Of a stretch of 64,000 bases of DNA, positions 18,478 through 28,605 are shown piece after piece. Both the position numbers and the translations under genes were made by a program. The notes under the pieces were generated by a model. That model worked only from the letters and a program-made list of their open reading frames with translations. It was not told the origin of the DNA and did not search any database. Location: NCBI GenBank assembly GCA_947628525.1, contig CANRAE010000001.1, positions 22,584-86,583 of the forward strand. Reading direction: 5' to 3'. Position 1 is the stretch's first letter, and every line of letters begins with the position of its first letter. Source of the stretch: an uncultured Bacilli bacterium. Its GTDB lineage: Bacteria; Bacillota_I; Bacilli_A; RF39; UBA660.

Positions 18478-20649
18478 ATGAAAAAGATTTTATATAAATT
18501 AGCTATTACTTTTTTATTGATACTTCTAGTTATGCCCACAGTAAAAGCCACAGAAACTACTACTCCTAATGAAAAAGACGAAGAAAATAGTGAAAATACA
18601 AATCAAGAAGAAAAAGATGATGATGTTAGCGAAAATCAAAAAATAAAAATATATACCGCCAGAGTTATCACTACTATTGGCTTAAACGTTAGAAAAGAGG
18701 CTAATACTAATTCTGAAATTGTTGGCTTTTTAAACTATAATGATACCTTTCAATACCGCGATGCTGATATAAAAGAATTAAATGATCCAAATGCTTCATG
18801 TCAAGTATGGATTTATGTAGGAAGTAAAAATGGTTATGCCTGTAAAGACTATACCGAGGTTGTATCTACTGAGAAAATTGATACTGGTGTAAGTAATATG
18901 ACCGATGAAGAATTTGATGATTATTTAAATAAAGAAGGCTTTGATGAAACCTACAAAGTTAAATTAAAAGCTATTCATAAAAAATACCCTAATTGGATTT
19001 TTAAAGGTGTAAAAACTAATCGTAATTGGCAAAGTACTGTTAAACAAGAAAGTGAAATAGGTTATAGTACCTATTATATGGATGCGATAAGAGAATCCGC
19101 AGGACAAGAAGCTTATTTAAATACCGAAAGTTATTATGATTGGAACACTAACATGTTCTATGGATATGATGGAACCTTTTATTTAGCTAATGAACAAACA
19201 GTAGCATATTTTCTCGACCCAAGAAATTATTTAAATGAATCTAATATTTTTATGTTTGAAACGCTTTATTTTAATGACACTTATCAAGATAAAGATAAGA
19301 TAAAAAGCATTTTAGGAACCGATGAATATAGTGATTTAATTTACAATAATGGTAAAAAATATAACTACTCTCCTATTGCTCTTGCTATTAAAATAAGACA
19401 AGAAGGAACTTTAAATCGTAGACCAACACTAGGAAATGTAAGTGTTAATTGTACTGGCACTAATAGTCCATATTATAATCCAAATGGTACTAGATATAAT
19501 GCTCCTTTATATAATTTTTTCAATATAGGTGCTACAAGTAGTCCTTCTAATGCCGATTTAAACGGTTTATGTTATGCCGCATTAACAAATGAAGATTATT
19601 TCCTTCCTTGGAACACCAAAGCACGAGCTATCGAAGGTGGAACTAAGTGGATATATAATAACTATGTTGCTTCCCTACAATATACTAATTACTTTCAAAA
19701 ATTTAATACTGCTAATCCTAATACCGAAATTTGGCATCAATATATGACTAATATTGAAGATCCTAAATCACAATCAAGTATTTTATATAACTTATATTCA
19801 AATATAGGATTATTAAATAGCTCATTCATATTCTATATACCAATTTATGATCAAATGCCCGAAAAAACAGAATTACCTAAATTAGGAAACCCTAATAACT
19901 GGTTAAAAACACTTACTTATACCGCCAATAATACTACTTACAATATATCTAATTTTAATGGTAATGTAACTGATTATACTGTAACCGTTCCTCATTATAC
20001 GGAAAATATTACTATTAATGGAACAACCGTAGCAAAAACTAGTTATTTAGCTATTGAGGGAAGTAATAACAGTCTTAAAACAGCTTCTAAACAAGTAACT
20101 TTATCTGATGAAGAAAATAAATTTAAAATAGTTGTAACTGCTGGTAATGGTAATACTAAAACTTATACTTTAACTGTTATCAAAGATAAAGAGGTAAACC
20201 CTATGGAACAACCAACAATTGAAGAAATGTTAGACCAAGCACAATTAACCTTAAATGAGACATATGTAAATGGTATAACCTTTGGTAAAAATACTAATGC
20301 TTTAACTGATGATTTATTAAAAATTAATAAATATGCTATTATAAAAATAACTAATGATAAAGATGAAGTAAAAAACAATGGTATTTTAGGTACAGGAGAT
20401 AGATTAACTATTACAAGTAATAATGAAACTAAAACATTTGAAATATTATTATTTGGTGATATTAATGGTGATGGTAATATTACTAATCTTGATTTATTAA
20501 GAGTTCAGCGTCATTTATGGAACGATATTGAGTTAAAAGAAGTTTATTTTAAAGCTGCTGATGTTAATAAAGATGGTACTATTACTAACCTTGACTTATT
20601 AAGGATTCAACGTCATTTATGGAATGATATTGTTATATCACAAAATTAG
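18478..20649 (+). CDS. Secreted multi-domain protein: SH3b-like, GH73-like N-acetylglucosaminidase core, cadherin-like beta-sandwich and C-terminal dockerin
   Basis: Signal peptide, SH3b-like GLNVRKEANTNSEIVGFL and glucosaminidase-like YNFFNIGA / HQYMTNI. Two dockerin repeats, DINGDGNITNLDLLRVQRHL and DVNKDGTITNLDLLRIQRHL. Confidence 0.7.
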   Translation: MKKILYKLAITFLLILLVMPTVKATETTTPNEKDEENSENTNQEEKDDDVSENQKIKIYTARVITTIGLNVRKEANTNSEIVGFLNYNDTFQYRDADIKELNDPNASCQVWIYVGSKNGYACKDYTEVVSTEKIDTGVSNMTDEEFDDYLNKEGFDETYKVKLKAIHKKYPNWIFKGVKTNRNWQSTVKQESEIGYSTYYMDAIRESAGQEAYLNTESYYDWNTNMFYGYDGTFYLANEQTVAYFLDPRNYLNESNIFMFETLYFNDTYQDKDKIKSILGTDEYSDLIYNNGKKYNYSPIALAIKIRQEGTLNRRPTLGNVSVNCTGTNSPYYNPNGTRYNAPLYNFFNIGATSSPSNADLNGLCYAALTNEDYFLPWNTKARAIEGGTKWIYNNYVASLQYTNYFQKFNTANPNTEIWHQYMTNIEDPKSQSSILYNLYSNIGLLNSSFIFYIPIYDQMPEKTELPKLGNPNNWLKTLTYTANNTTYNISNFNGNVTDYTVTVPHYTENITINGTTVAKTSYLAIEGSNNSLKTASKQVTLSDEENKFKIVVTAGNGNTKTYTLTVIKDKEVNPMEQPTIEEMLDQAQLTLNETYVNGITFGKNTNALTDDLLKINKYAIIKITNDKDEVKNNGILGTGDRLTITSNNETKTFEILLFGDINGDGNITNLDLLRVQRHLWNDIELKEVYFKAADVNKDGTITNLDLLRIQRHLWNDIVISQN

Positions 20650-20658
20650 GAGGTATTT

Positions 20659-22125
20659 ATGAAGTTAAAAATCAAAGCCTTATTAACATTATTATTAACG
20701 ATTACAATTGTAGAACTCTTTTCAATAACTAATGTATATGCTTCTACTGCTAATATATCTATTAGTAGTAGTGCAAGTACTATAGTAGTTGGTAACAATG
20801 TTACTTTTAATGTAACTATTCAAGGAAGTAATCCTATTGGGGTATGGGATTATGCCACTAGCGTTTCAGGAAATCTTACTTATATAGGAGGAACCAAAGT
20901 ATTACAAAAAGCTAATATTCCACCTAACAATACTACTAAAACTATTAATTATAGTTTTACCTACCGTGCTAATAACGGAGGTACAGGTACTTTTACTTTT
21001 AATTTAAGTAATATTTTTGATACTAGTGAAACTAGTATGAGTGTAAGTGGAACTATTTCTAAAAGTATAAGAATTATAACCCAAGGAGAATTAGAAGCAA
21101 GTTATAGTAAAAACAATAACTTATCTAGCTTAGCAATTGAAGGTTATGTATTGACACCAGCTTTTAATAAAAATACTTTGGAATATAATGTAGAACTTCC
21201 TAATGGGGTAACTAAAATAAAAATTAATGCTAGTAAAGAAGATGGTACAGCAAGTATCCAAGGTACTGGTGAACACAACGTTAATGAAGGTAAAAACCGT
21301 ATAGAAATTAAAGTAACAGCACAAAATGGAAGTGTTAAAACTTATGTTATTAATGCAACTGTTAAAGAATTAGATCCAATTATTGTTACAGTAGATGGCG
21401 TTACCTATAATGTTGTACGCAAAAAAGAACAATTAACTTCACCTAATGAAACATATGAAGAAAAAACTATTTTGATAAACGATTTAGAAGTACCAGCTTT
21501 GGAAAATGAAAAATTAGGCTATATCTTAGTTGGCTTAAAAGATAATGATGGTCTAATTAACCTATATATTTATGATAAAGAAAAGAACACATATATTCCT
21601 TATTTTGAGTATAACTTTGCCTCACAAATAGTATATATCAAAGATGAACCTAGTAAAATCCCTGATAATTACTTACCTACTATGGTTAAAATTAATGATA
21701 AAGATGTAAAAGCTTATCAATTAAATAAAAATTCAAAGTTTTATCTATTTTACGGTATAAATGTTGTATCTGGTGATAGTAATTTATATGTCTACGATAG
21801 TGTTGAAAAAACCGTACAAAGATATAATGATGATGAAATAATTGATGAATATCAAGAAACTGATAAAATAAATCAATACATAATTATTGGTCTAGGATCT
21901 TTCTTAATACTTACATACTTAATTATTTTGATATCTCTAATCATAAATAGTAACAAAAAAAAGAAAAAAAGAATGGAAAAATTGGCGATTTTTGCTGATG
22001 AGAAGCAGACAAATAAAGATGAAGAAGATAATGAAGAAATAAATAAAGGTAAAGATCTAGATAACAATAAAGGTCAAAAAAGTAAAAAAGAGAAAAATAA
22101 AAAAGTTACCGAAGATGAGAGTTAA
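20659..22125 (+). CDS. Membrane-anchored surface protein with an N-terminal cohesin-like module and a cadherin-like module
   Basis: Signal peptide, then a beta-rich module (VGNNVTFNVTIQGSNPIGVWDYATSVSGNLTYIGG). A cadherin-like module follows (NNLSSLAIEGYVLTPAFNKNTLEYNV), then a C-terminal TM helix (IIIGLGSFLILTYLIILISLII) and a K/E-rich tail. Confidence 0.55.
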   Translation: MKLKIKALLTLLLTITIVELFSITNVYASTANISISSSASTIVVGNNVTFNVTIQGSNPIGVWDYATSVSGNLTYIGGTKVLQKANIPPNNTTKTINYSFTYRANNGGTGTFTFNLSNIFDTSETSMSVSGTISKSIRIITQGELEASYSKNNNLSSLAIEGYVLTPAFNKNTLEYNVELPNGVTKIKINASKEDGTASIQGTGEHNVNEGKNRIEIKVTAQNGSVKTYVINATVKELDPIIVTVDGVTYNVVRKKEQLTSPNETYEEKTILINDLEVPALENEKLGYILVGLKDNDGLINLYIYDKEKNTYIPYFEYNFASQIVYIKDEPSKIPDNYLPTMVKINDKDVKAYQLNKNSKFYLFYGINVVSGDSNLYVYDSVEKTVQRYNDDEIIDEYQETDKINQYIIIGLGSFLILTYLIILISLIINSNKKKKKRMEKLAIFADEKQTNKDEEDNEEINKGKDLDNNKGQKSKKEKNKKVTEDES

Positions 22126-22181
22126 TAACTCTTTTCTTTTTGTCTAAATGATGTCAATTATTATATTTAACTTCAAAAATA

Positions 22182-22210
22182 TAGACAAAAAAACACTTTC
22201 ATAGTATAAT
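22182..22210 (+). promoter_or_regulatory. Sigma-A-type promoter for rnj
   Basis: TAGACA (22182-22187), a 17-nt spacer, then TATAAT (22205-22210). It lies ~40 nt upstream of the start codon. Confidence 0.5.
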
Positions 22211-22249
22211 TCTTTCGTTAGTTCTTTTTTATTTTAGAAAGGAGATAAA

Positions 22250-23929
22250 ATGAATAAAAACCAAAATGTAACTAAAATCATAATTTTAGGTGGTTTGGGT
22301 GAAATTGGAAAAAACATGTATTGTGTAATGCATGAAGATGAAATTGTTATTATTGATTCGGGTGTATCATTTCCAGATGACAGTATGTTAGGTATTGATT
22401 ATATATTACCTGATTATACTTTTTTAAAACAAAATCAAGATAAAATTAAAGCTTTAATCATTACCCATGGTCATGAAGATCATATTGGTGGGATACCATT
22501 TTTATTACAATCGGTAAATATACCTGCCATTTATGCCCCAAACCAAGCTAAAGAACTTATTGCTTTAAAATTAGAAGATAAAAATATTCGTTATGATAAT
22601 TTGTTTGTTTACACTGATAAAGATGTTATTAAATTTAAAAATATTGAGGTAGAATTTTTTAGAACTACCCACTCTATTCCTGATTCACATGGAATTGTTG
22701 TTACGACACCAAATGGCAGAATTGTAACTACTGGGGATTTCAAATTTGATTTTACTCCAATTGGTCCTATGGCTGATCTTCACAAGATGGCTGAAATAGG
22801 AAAAAAAGGTGTTGATTTATTAATTAGTGATTCGACAAATGCTTTAAACGAAGGAATATCTATTAGTGAAACCAAGGTTGATAGTGCATTAAATGAAATA
22901 TTTGATAAACATGAACATAATCGTATTATAATTGCGACTTTTGCCTCTAATATATATCGATTAAAACATATTATTGAAACTTGCTATAATCATAATCGTA
23001 AGCTTTGTGTTTTTGGTAGAAGTATGGAAAATAATATTGAGATTTCTATCAAAGGTGGTTATATCAATCATAAAGACATACTAATAACACCTGAGGAAGC
23101 TAATACTTTAAAACCTAATGAAGTTACTATATTATGTACAGGTTCACAAGGAGAACCACTAGCGGCTTTATCAAGGATAGCTAATAATAATCATAAGCAA
23201 ATAAAATTAAGACCTGACGATGTTGTTGTTTTTTCATCGTCAGCTATTCCTGGAAATGCTCTTGCCATTGGCAGAACGATCAACAAATTATATCTTCAAG
23301 GTGTTAAAGTATATACTAATACTTCTTTGAATGATATTCACACCTCAGGACACGCTAATATCGAAGAATTAAAATTAATGATTAGATTAATAATGCCTAA
23401 ATATTTAATGCCTTTCCATGGTGATTATCGTATGTTAAAAAATCATGCCAATATCGGTATTGAATGTGGCATTCCCAAAGAAAATACTTTTGTATTACAA
23501 AATGGTGATGTATTAAACTTAGTAAATCACGTTATAACTAAGGGAGAGCCAATAATTTCTAGTGATATTTATGTTGATGGTAACCGTCTAGAAGAAATTA
23601 ATGGAGCGGTATTACGCGATCGTAAAATTATGGCTAGTGATGGTATTTTAGTTGTTATTGCTAATATTGATATGAAAAAAAGAGAATTATTAATAAAACC
23701 TAATATTACTACCAGAGGATTTATACTAATAAATGAAAATGAAGAACTAATTAAAAAAATAGAGACAATTGCAGCTAATGCCATTCAAAACAAATTAAAA
23801 GATACTAATGCTACTTTTAATGAAATTAAAAGTCAAATAGCAGCTGATTTATTTCCATTCCTATATGAAACAACCGGTAGAAAGCCAATAATATTGCCGG
23901 TCATTTTAGATATCAAAAGAAATGAATAA
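22250..23929 (+). CDS. rnj: Ribonuclease J
   Basis: Metallo-beta-lactamase/beta-CASP fold with THGHEDHIGG and a typical N-terminus (IIILGGLGEIGKNMY). 559 aa. Confidence 0.9.
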   Translation: MNKNQNVTKIIILGGLGEIGKNMYCVMHEDEIVIIDSGVSFPDDSMLGIDYILPDYTFLKQNQDKIKALIITHGHEDHIGGIPFLLQSVNIPAIYAPNQAKELIALKLEDKNIRYDNLFVYTDKDVIKFKNIEVEFFRTTHSIPDSHGIVVTTPNGRIVTTGDFKFDFTPIGPMADLHKMAEIGKKGVDLLISDSTNALNEGISISETKVDSALNEIFDKHEHNRIIIATFASNIYRLKHIIETCYNHNRKLCVFGRSMENNIEISIKGGYINHKDILITPEEANTLKPNEVTILCTGSQGEPLAALSRIANNNHKQIKLRPDDVVVFSSSAIPGNALAIGRTINKLYLQGVKVYTNTSLNDIHTSGHANIEELKLMIRLIMPKYLMPFHGDYRMLKNHANIGIECGIPKENTFVLQNGDVLNLVNHVITKGEPIISSDIYVDGNRLEEINGAVLRDRKIMASDGILVVIANIDMKKRELLIKPNITTRGFILINENEELIKKIETIAANAIQNKLKDTNATFNEIKSQIAADLFPFLYETTGRKPIILPVILDIKRNE

Positions 23930-23958
23930 AGGATTTTGAAAATTCAAAATCCTTTTTA
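23928..23958. terminator. Bidirectional rho-independent terminator
   Basis: Palindrome AGGATTTTGAA / TTCAAAATCCT followed by TTTTT. It lies between the convergent rnj and the 23977-25638 gene. Confidence 0.65.
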
Positions 23959-23976
23959 TATTTATTGTTTTTTAAA

Positions 23977-25638
23977 TTATTCTCTATTTTTATAATATTT
24001 TAATGTTACCATGTTAGGTGGTATATTGCTTTCAATAGTAAAATTATTAGCACCTTTGAGCGTTTTTATATTTGGTAACTCTATTGGTTCATATATAGGA
24101 TTTACTAACACATAGTATACAGTTACAGGAGTACCTTTATCTTTTTGTTCTTTTAAGTAATTTTTCCATTCTGCTAATGTTAAATACGGTATCCTAAATG
24201 ATATATAAGGATCGCGCGAATAATCAATAAGACATACTCTTAACATATCATCCATTTCATATGAAGTAACTGATGAATTAATAAAATGGGTGCTTAATGC
24301 CACATAACCATTAAACATTGAATGTTGATATACACCTAAAACATCAGGATTCATATAATATACGCCGATTGTCTTCGTTGTATGACGATCTGCAAAATCA
24401 TTCCATTTTTCACTACCATCAAACTCTATCGTTTTTATAAATCTTACTATTCTTTTATTTTCAAAATCAATATAATCTGCTGTACCTCCTACTTTTCTTA
24501 ACGGTTCATGTCCTGCTAAATTAATAGTTTCCTCATAATGAGATTCATAAGTTGTAGCAACTCCTCCTAATTCTAATTGAACATTACTTACATTAGCCGA
24601 AATAGTACTTAAAGAAGTATCACATGTTCTTGCAAATCTAATAGCTAAATAGCCACCATTCTTAAAACTATTTGGTGTAGTAAAAGTAATAGCATTTCTT
24701 CCATTACTTTTTATAGCATCGGCCCAAGATATATCAGCCGAATAAGCTCCCTTATTACCATAGCCAATCCCAGCACATAAAGAAATATTATTAGGATTGC
24801 TAATAACATTTATATTATATGATAATGTATAAGTGGTATTAGTCTTTAACTGGTAATTAGTTGCAATATCTTTATAATAAGAATTAGAAAAAGATACATC
24901 TGTTAAATTAGGTATAGCAATAAGATTTTTATTATATGAACTAATAATTATCTTTTCATCATCACCAAACGACTGTATAGGTATAGGATTATCTGGTGTA
25001 GGTGTTCCATTTTGAATGCTATTGCCATATATTATATAATTATCTAAACTTCTTCCACTACTATCCTCGAATGTTATATTATTTTTCCCTGTTACTTGTG
25101 TTAATATTGGACCTTCTATATTTAAATCTTCACTTGGTATATTTTGCCCCACATCCTGAACAAAAGTTACATTTAAAGTTAAATCATTTCTTAAATCACC
25201 AGGTTGAGTTGTTACTTCACTTGAATATCCTATCTCTACTGTTATTATTTGATTGCTTTTACTAGGTAGTTTATCTCCTTTTTTGATACCAGATATTTTA
25301 AAATATATTCCATCGCTTCCTGTTTCACTAGCACTTATTTCCTTGACTATGGCATTTAATGTTCCTTTATTTTCAACAGTTATCTCATATATAATTTTAT
25401 CGCCTGGGGATTTGAAATCAACATTAAAAGTTGCAGTTGTGCCACTGGCGGTTGGGGTCTTAGTTTCAGTTACTCCTCCTACTGTACTTTGTTTTTCTAT
25501 TTTAGTAAATTCTATATTCCAAGTTGAAACAATATTAGCTGTTCCTGTTATATTTAAGCTAGTTGAAAATACGGCATAACCTACTGTCATTAATACTACT
25601 ATAATACTTAATGTTATTATAATTATTTTTTTATTCAT
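23977..25638 (-). CDS. Exported protein with a TasA/camelysin-like N-terminal domain and a phage-fibre-like C-terminal half
   Basis: The signal anchor ends in VGYAVFSTSLNITGTA, which is SipW-type-like. FKSPGDKIIYEITVENKGTLNAIVKE parallels TasA LKPGDKLTKDFQFENNGSLAIKE. GNSIQNGTPTPDNPIPIQSFG lies at nt 24964-25026. Confidence 0.5.
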   Translation of the reverse strand: MNKKIIIITLSIIVVLMTVGYAVFSTSLNITGTANIVSTWNIEFTKIEKQSTVGGVTETKTPTASGTTATFNVDFKSPGDKIIYEITVENKGTLNAIVKEISASETGSDGIYFKISGIKKGDKLPSKSNQIITVEIGYSSEVTTQPGDLRNDLTLNVTFVQDVGQNIPSEDLNIEGPILTQVTGKNNITFEDSSGRSLDNYIIYGNSIQNGTPTPDNPIPIQSFGDDEKIIISSYNKNLIAIPNLTDVSFSNSYYKDIATNYQLKTNTTYTLSYNINVISNPNNISLCAGIGYGNKGAYSADISWADAIKSNGRNAITFTTPNSFKNGGYLAIRFARTCDTSLSTISANVSNVQLELGGVATTYESHYEETINLAGHEPLRKVGGTADYIDFENKRIVRFIKTIEFDGSEKWNDFADRHTTKTIGVYYMNPDVLGVYQHSMFNGYVALSTHFINSSVTSYEMDDMLRVCLIDYSRDPYISFRIPYLTLAEWKNYLKEQKDKGTPVTVYYVLVNPIYEPIELPNIKTLKGANNFTIESNIPPNMVTLKYYKNRE

Positions 25639-25694
25639 TTTACCGCTCCTAATATATTATCCTTCATAATATATTATACCCTACGGTTTTGGCA

Positions 25695-25723
25695 ACAAAA
25701 AAATGCACTTTTACATGCATTTT
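25695..25723 (-). terminator. Rho-independent terminator after rny
   Basis: Stem AAATGCA / TGCATTT, followed by a T run on the minus strand. Confidence 0.6.
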
Positions 25724-25729
25724 AAAAAT

Positions 25730-27280
25730 TTATTTTGCTTCTTCTTGGGCTCTTGTTTCTCTTACAACCGTAACTTTAATCGTTCCAGGATATTGCATTG
25801 TTTCTTCAATTTTCTCCTTAATATCGCGAGCTACTTTATGAGCTTGTAAATCATCAATTTCATCTGGTTTTACTATTACGCGCAATTCACGTCCAGCCTG
25901 TACAGCAAATGTTTTTTCGATACCATCCATTTCCTTAGCTATATTTTCCAACTGTTCAAGTCGTTTAATATAATTTTCTAAGGAATCATTTCTAGCACCA
26001 GGACGTGATGCTGATAAACTATCTGCTATAGCGACAATTACGGCAATAATTGAAGTAGCATTCGTATCACCATGATGTGATGCTATTGAATTAATAACCA
26101 CTTCATTTTCATGATATTTTTTAGCTAAGTCTACACCAATTTCCACATGGCTTCCTTCTACTTCATGATCAATTGCTTTTCCAATATCATGTAATAGACC
26201 AGCACGCTTTGCAAGGCTTACATTTTCACCTAACTCACCAGCAATCAATCCTGCTAAATGAGCTACTTGTTTTGAATGTTCTAAGGCATTCTGACCATAA
26301 CTTGTCCTAAAATATAGTTTTCCTATTATTTCAATTAATGCTGGATCAACCTTTGTTATTCCTAATTCAAATAAAGCATCATTTCCATATTCGATAATTT
26401 TAGCTTTCATATCTTTACTAACTTTATCATAAATTTCTTCAATCCTAGTAGGATGAATTCGCCCATCTTTTAATAAAGTTTCAAGCGTTATACGTGCTAT
26501 TTCACGACGTAAAGGATCAAAACTTGATAATACTACTGCTTCTGGTGTATCATCAATAATTAAATCTACACCTGTGATAGCTTCAATCGTTCTAATATTT
26601 CTACCTTCGCGCCCTATAATTCGACCTTTCATCTCATCATTAGGTAAAGCAACTACCGTTACTGTCTGTTCATTAGCTAAATCAGCTGCAAATCTTTGCA
26701 TTGAAGATACAACTAAGTCTTTTGCTTTTTTGTCAGCTTCTAACTTTGCCTCATTTTCTCTTTCTTTAATATAAACAGCTATTTCTTTTGACATTTGCTC
26801 TTCTACTTTTTTCATCATTAAATCATGAGCTTTGTCTTTACTTAATCCTGATATTTTACTTAACAAATCTAATTGTTCTTGTTTTAGTTCTTCCACTTTT
26901 GCACGTTCGTTTTGGATCTCTTCTTGTTTCAATAATAAATTACTTTCTCTTTCATCAAGAGCAACATCACGCTTTTGATATAATTCTTCTCTCTTATCCA
27001 TATTATTTTCACGTTGGGTAAGACGATCCTCAGAAATTTTTAATTCATTTTTTCTTTCTTTTATTTCCCTATCAGCATCCATCTTTAATTTATGCATTTC
27101 TTCTTTGGTTTCTAATAGAGTATCTCTTTTAGTTTTTTCAGCTTCTTTTTTAGCTTTTTCAATAATTTCTTCTGCTTTTTTATTAGAATTTTTTTCTTTT
27201 AAGTTATTTAGTAAAAAACTTCCAACAACACCAACTGATAATCCAATTACGACTAGCAAAATGGAGAATAATGTTTCCAT
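25730..27280 (-). CDS. rny: Ribonuclease Y
   Basis: N-terminal TM helix, coiled coil, KH domain ([12 protein letters not shown]) and HD domain (LLHDIGKA). Confidence 0.95.
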   Translation of the reverse strand: METLFSILLVVIGLSVGVVGSFLLNNLKEKNSNKKAEEIIEKAKKEAEKTKRDTLLETKEEMHKLKMDADREIKERKNELKISEDRLTQRENNMDKREELYQKRDVALDERESNLLLKQEEIQNERAKVEELKQEQLDLLSKISGLSKDKAHDLMMKKVEEQMSKEIAVYIKERENEAKLEADKKAKDLVVSSMQRFAADLANEQTVTVVALPNDEMKGRIIGREGRNIRTIEAITGVDLIIDDTPEAVVLSSFDPLRREIARITLETLLKDGRIHPTRIEEIYDKVSKDMKAKIIEYGNDALFELGITKVDPALIEIIGKLYFRTSYGQNALEHSKQVAHLAGLIAGELGENVSLAKRAGLLHDIGKAIDHEVEGSHVEIGVDLAKKYHENEVVINSIASHHGDTNATSIIAVIVAIADSLSASRPGARNDSLENYIKRLEQLENIAKEMDGIEKTFAVQAGRELRVIVKPDEIDDLQAHKVARDIKEKIEETMQYPGTIKVTVVRETRAQEEAK

Positions 27281-27371
27281 ATTTCTACCTCCATTTCCAT
27301 ATATGTTAAATTTTTTTATACTTTTAACATCTATTTATATTGTAGTTTTTATTCGACAATTAGTCAAGAAG

Positions 27372-27397
27372 AAATACATAAGTAAAATACATAAGTA
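27372..27397. repeat. 13-bp tandem direct repeat, two copies
   Basis: AAATACATAAGTA occurs twice back to back, ~92-117 nt upstream of the rny start. Confidence 0.8.
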
Positions 27398-27430
27398 AAA
27401 TCTTTATATCCGTTAAAATATAAGATAATT

Positions 27431-27458
27431 AAATAAAAAAAGAGCATTATTACTCTTT
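27431..27458 (-). terminator. Rho-independent terminator overlapping the recA stop codon
   Basis: Stem AAAGAG / CTCTTT with an 8-nt loop. A run of 7 T follows on the minus strand. Confidence 0.5.
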
Positions 27459-28457
27459 AATAGTAATACTATAATACTCTCTTATTTTTTGTTCAAGTTC
27501 ATGGCAAAGTTCTGGTTTTTCTTTTAACAGTAATTTAACATTTTCTTTTCCTTGTCCTAATTTTTCACCGTTATAAGCAAACCATGCCCCACTTTTTTCT
27601 AATATATTAGCATTAGCTGCTAAATCAATTATTTCTCCTTCTTTGCTTACTCCTTCGCCATACATAATATCCACAACTGCTGTTTTAAAAGGAGGAGCTA
27701 CTTTATTTTTTACTACTTTAACAGTTGTTTTACTACCAATTACATTTTCACCAACTTTAATTTGTTCACTGCGACGTACTTCTAGTCTTATAGTTGAATA
27801 AAATTTTAAAGCTCTACCACCTGTCGTTGTTTCAGGATTTCCAAACATAACACCAACTTTTTCTCGCAATTGGTTAATAAAGATAGCGATGGTATTAGTT
27901 TTACTAATAGTACCTGATAATTTTCTTAATGCTTGTGACATAAGCCTAGCTTGTAATCCCACATGGGAATCTCCCATATCACCATCTATTTCTGCTTGTG
28001 GCACCAAAGCTGCTACTGAATCAATGACAATAATACTTACTGCTTCACTACGAACAAGAGCCTCGCATATTTCAAGGGCTTGCTCCCCAGTATCAGGTTG
28101 TGATAATAATAATTCATTGATATCAACACCTAAATTTTTAGCATATCCAGGATCAAGAGCATGTTCGGCATCAATAAAAGCAGCTCGTCCTCCTCTTTTT
28201 TGCACCTCAGCAATGGCATGAAGAGCAAATGTCGTCTTACCACTAGACTCAGGTCCATATATTTCAATTATTCTTCCTTTTGGAAAACCACCAACTCCAA
28301 GTGCTATATCCAACGATAAAGAACCACTAGGGCAAACATCAATTTCCATATGTTTACTCTCTCCTAATTTCATAATAGATCCTCTACCAAATTGTTTCTC
28401 AATATCACTTAAAACTTGTTCAAGTGTTTTATCTTTACTATCTGCTATTTTACTCAT
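27450..28457 (-). CDS. recA: Recombinase RecA
   Basis: GPESSGKTT Walker A and [10 protein letters not shown], with full-length colinearity to RecA. Confidence 0.97.
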   Translation of the reverse strand: MSKIADSKDKTLEQVLSDIEKQFGRGSIMKLGESKHMEIDVCPSGSLSLDIALGVGGFPKGRIIEIYGPESSGKTTFALHAIAEVQKRGGRAAFIDAEHALDPGYAKNLGVDINELLLSQPDTGEQALEICEALVRSEAVSIIVIDSVAALVPQAEIDGDMGDSHVGLQARLMSQALRKLSGTISKTNTIAIFINQLREKVGVMFGNPETTTGGRALKFYSTIRLEVRRSEQIKVGENVIGSKTTVKVVKNKVAPPFKTAVVDIMYGEGVSKEGEIIDLAANANILEKSGAWFAYNGEKLGQGKENVKLLLKEKPELCHELEQKIREYYSITIKE

Positions 28458-28528
28458 TAAATATTACCTCCATAATTTATCTACAATTTAATCATACACT
28501 ATTTTTTTTTTAATTGCAACAGTTTTTT

Positions 28529-28541
28529 AAACAATTGTTCG
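28529..28541 (-). promoter_or_regulatory. Candidate LexA (Cheo/DinR) box upstream of recA
   Basis: The minus strand reads CGAACAATTGTTT. The Firmicute consensus is CGAAC-N4-GTTCG, so there are two mismatches. It sits just upstream of a TTGCAA-17 nt-TATGAT promoter. Confidence 0.5.
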
Positions 28542-28570
28542 ATTTCTTTTTTTTAAGGGTATTTACCAAA

Positions 28571-28605
28571 GAAAAAAAAGATTTTATCTTAGTCAAAAAT
28601 CTTTT
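28571..28605 (-). terminator. Rho-independent terminator after pgsA
   Basis: Stem AAAAGATTTT / AAAATCTTTT with a 10-nt loop. A T run follows on the minus strand. Confidence 0.6.

Noticed and set aside
25002-25579. Plus-strand ORFs of 87 and 108 aa (25002-25265, 25253-25579) antisense to the 23977-25638 gene
   Set aside because: They lie entirely inside a longer, better-supported minus-strand CDS. They have no RBS and a low-complexity L/S/F/I-rich translation typical of shadow frames in AT-rich DNA.
23977-25638. Possibility of a prophage or prophage remnant around the fibre-like gene
   Set aside because: The window has no integrase, terminase, capsid, tail tube, holin or lysin genes and no att-like repeats. 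The flanking genes are rnj and rny, so only a single domesticated gene is plausible.
27889-28221. 110-aa plus-strand ORF inside recA
   Set aside because: It is antisense to an unambiguous recA coding sequence, with no RBS. It is a shadow ORF.
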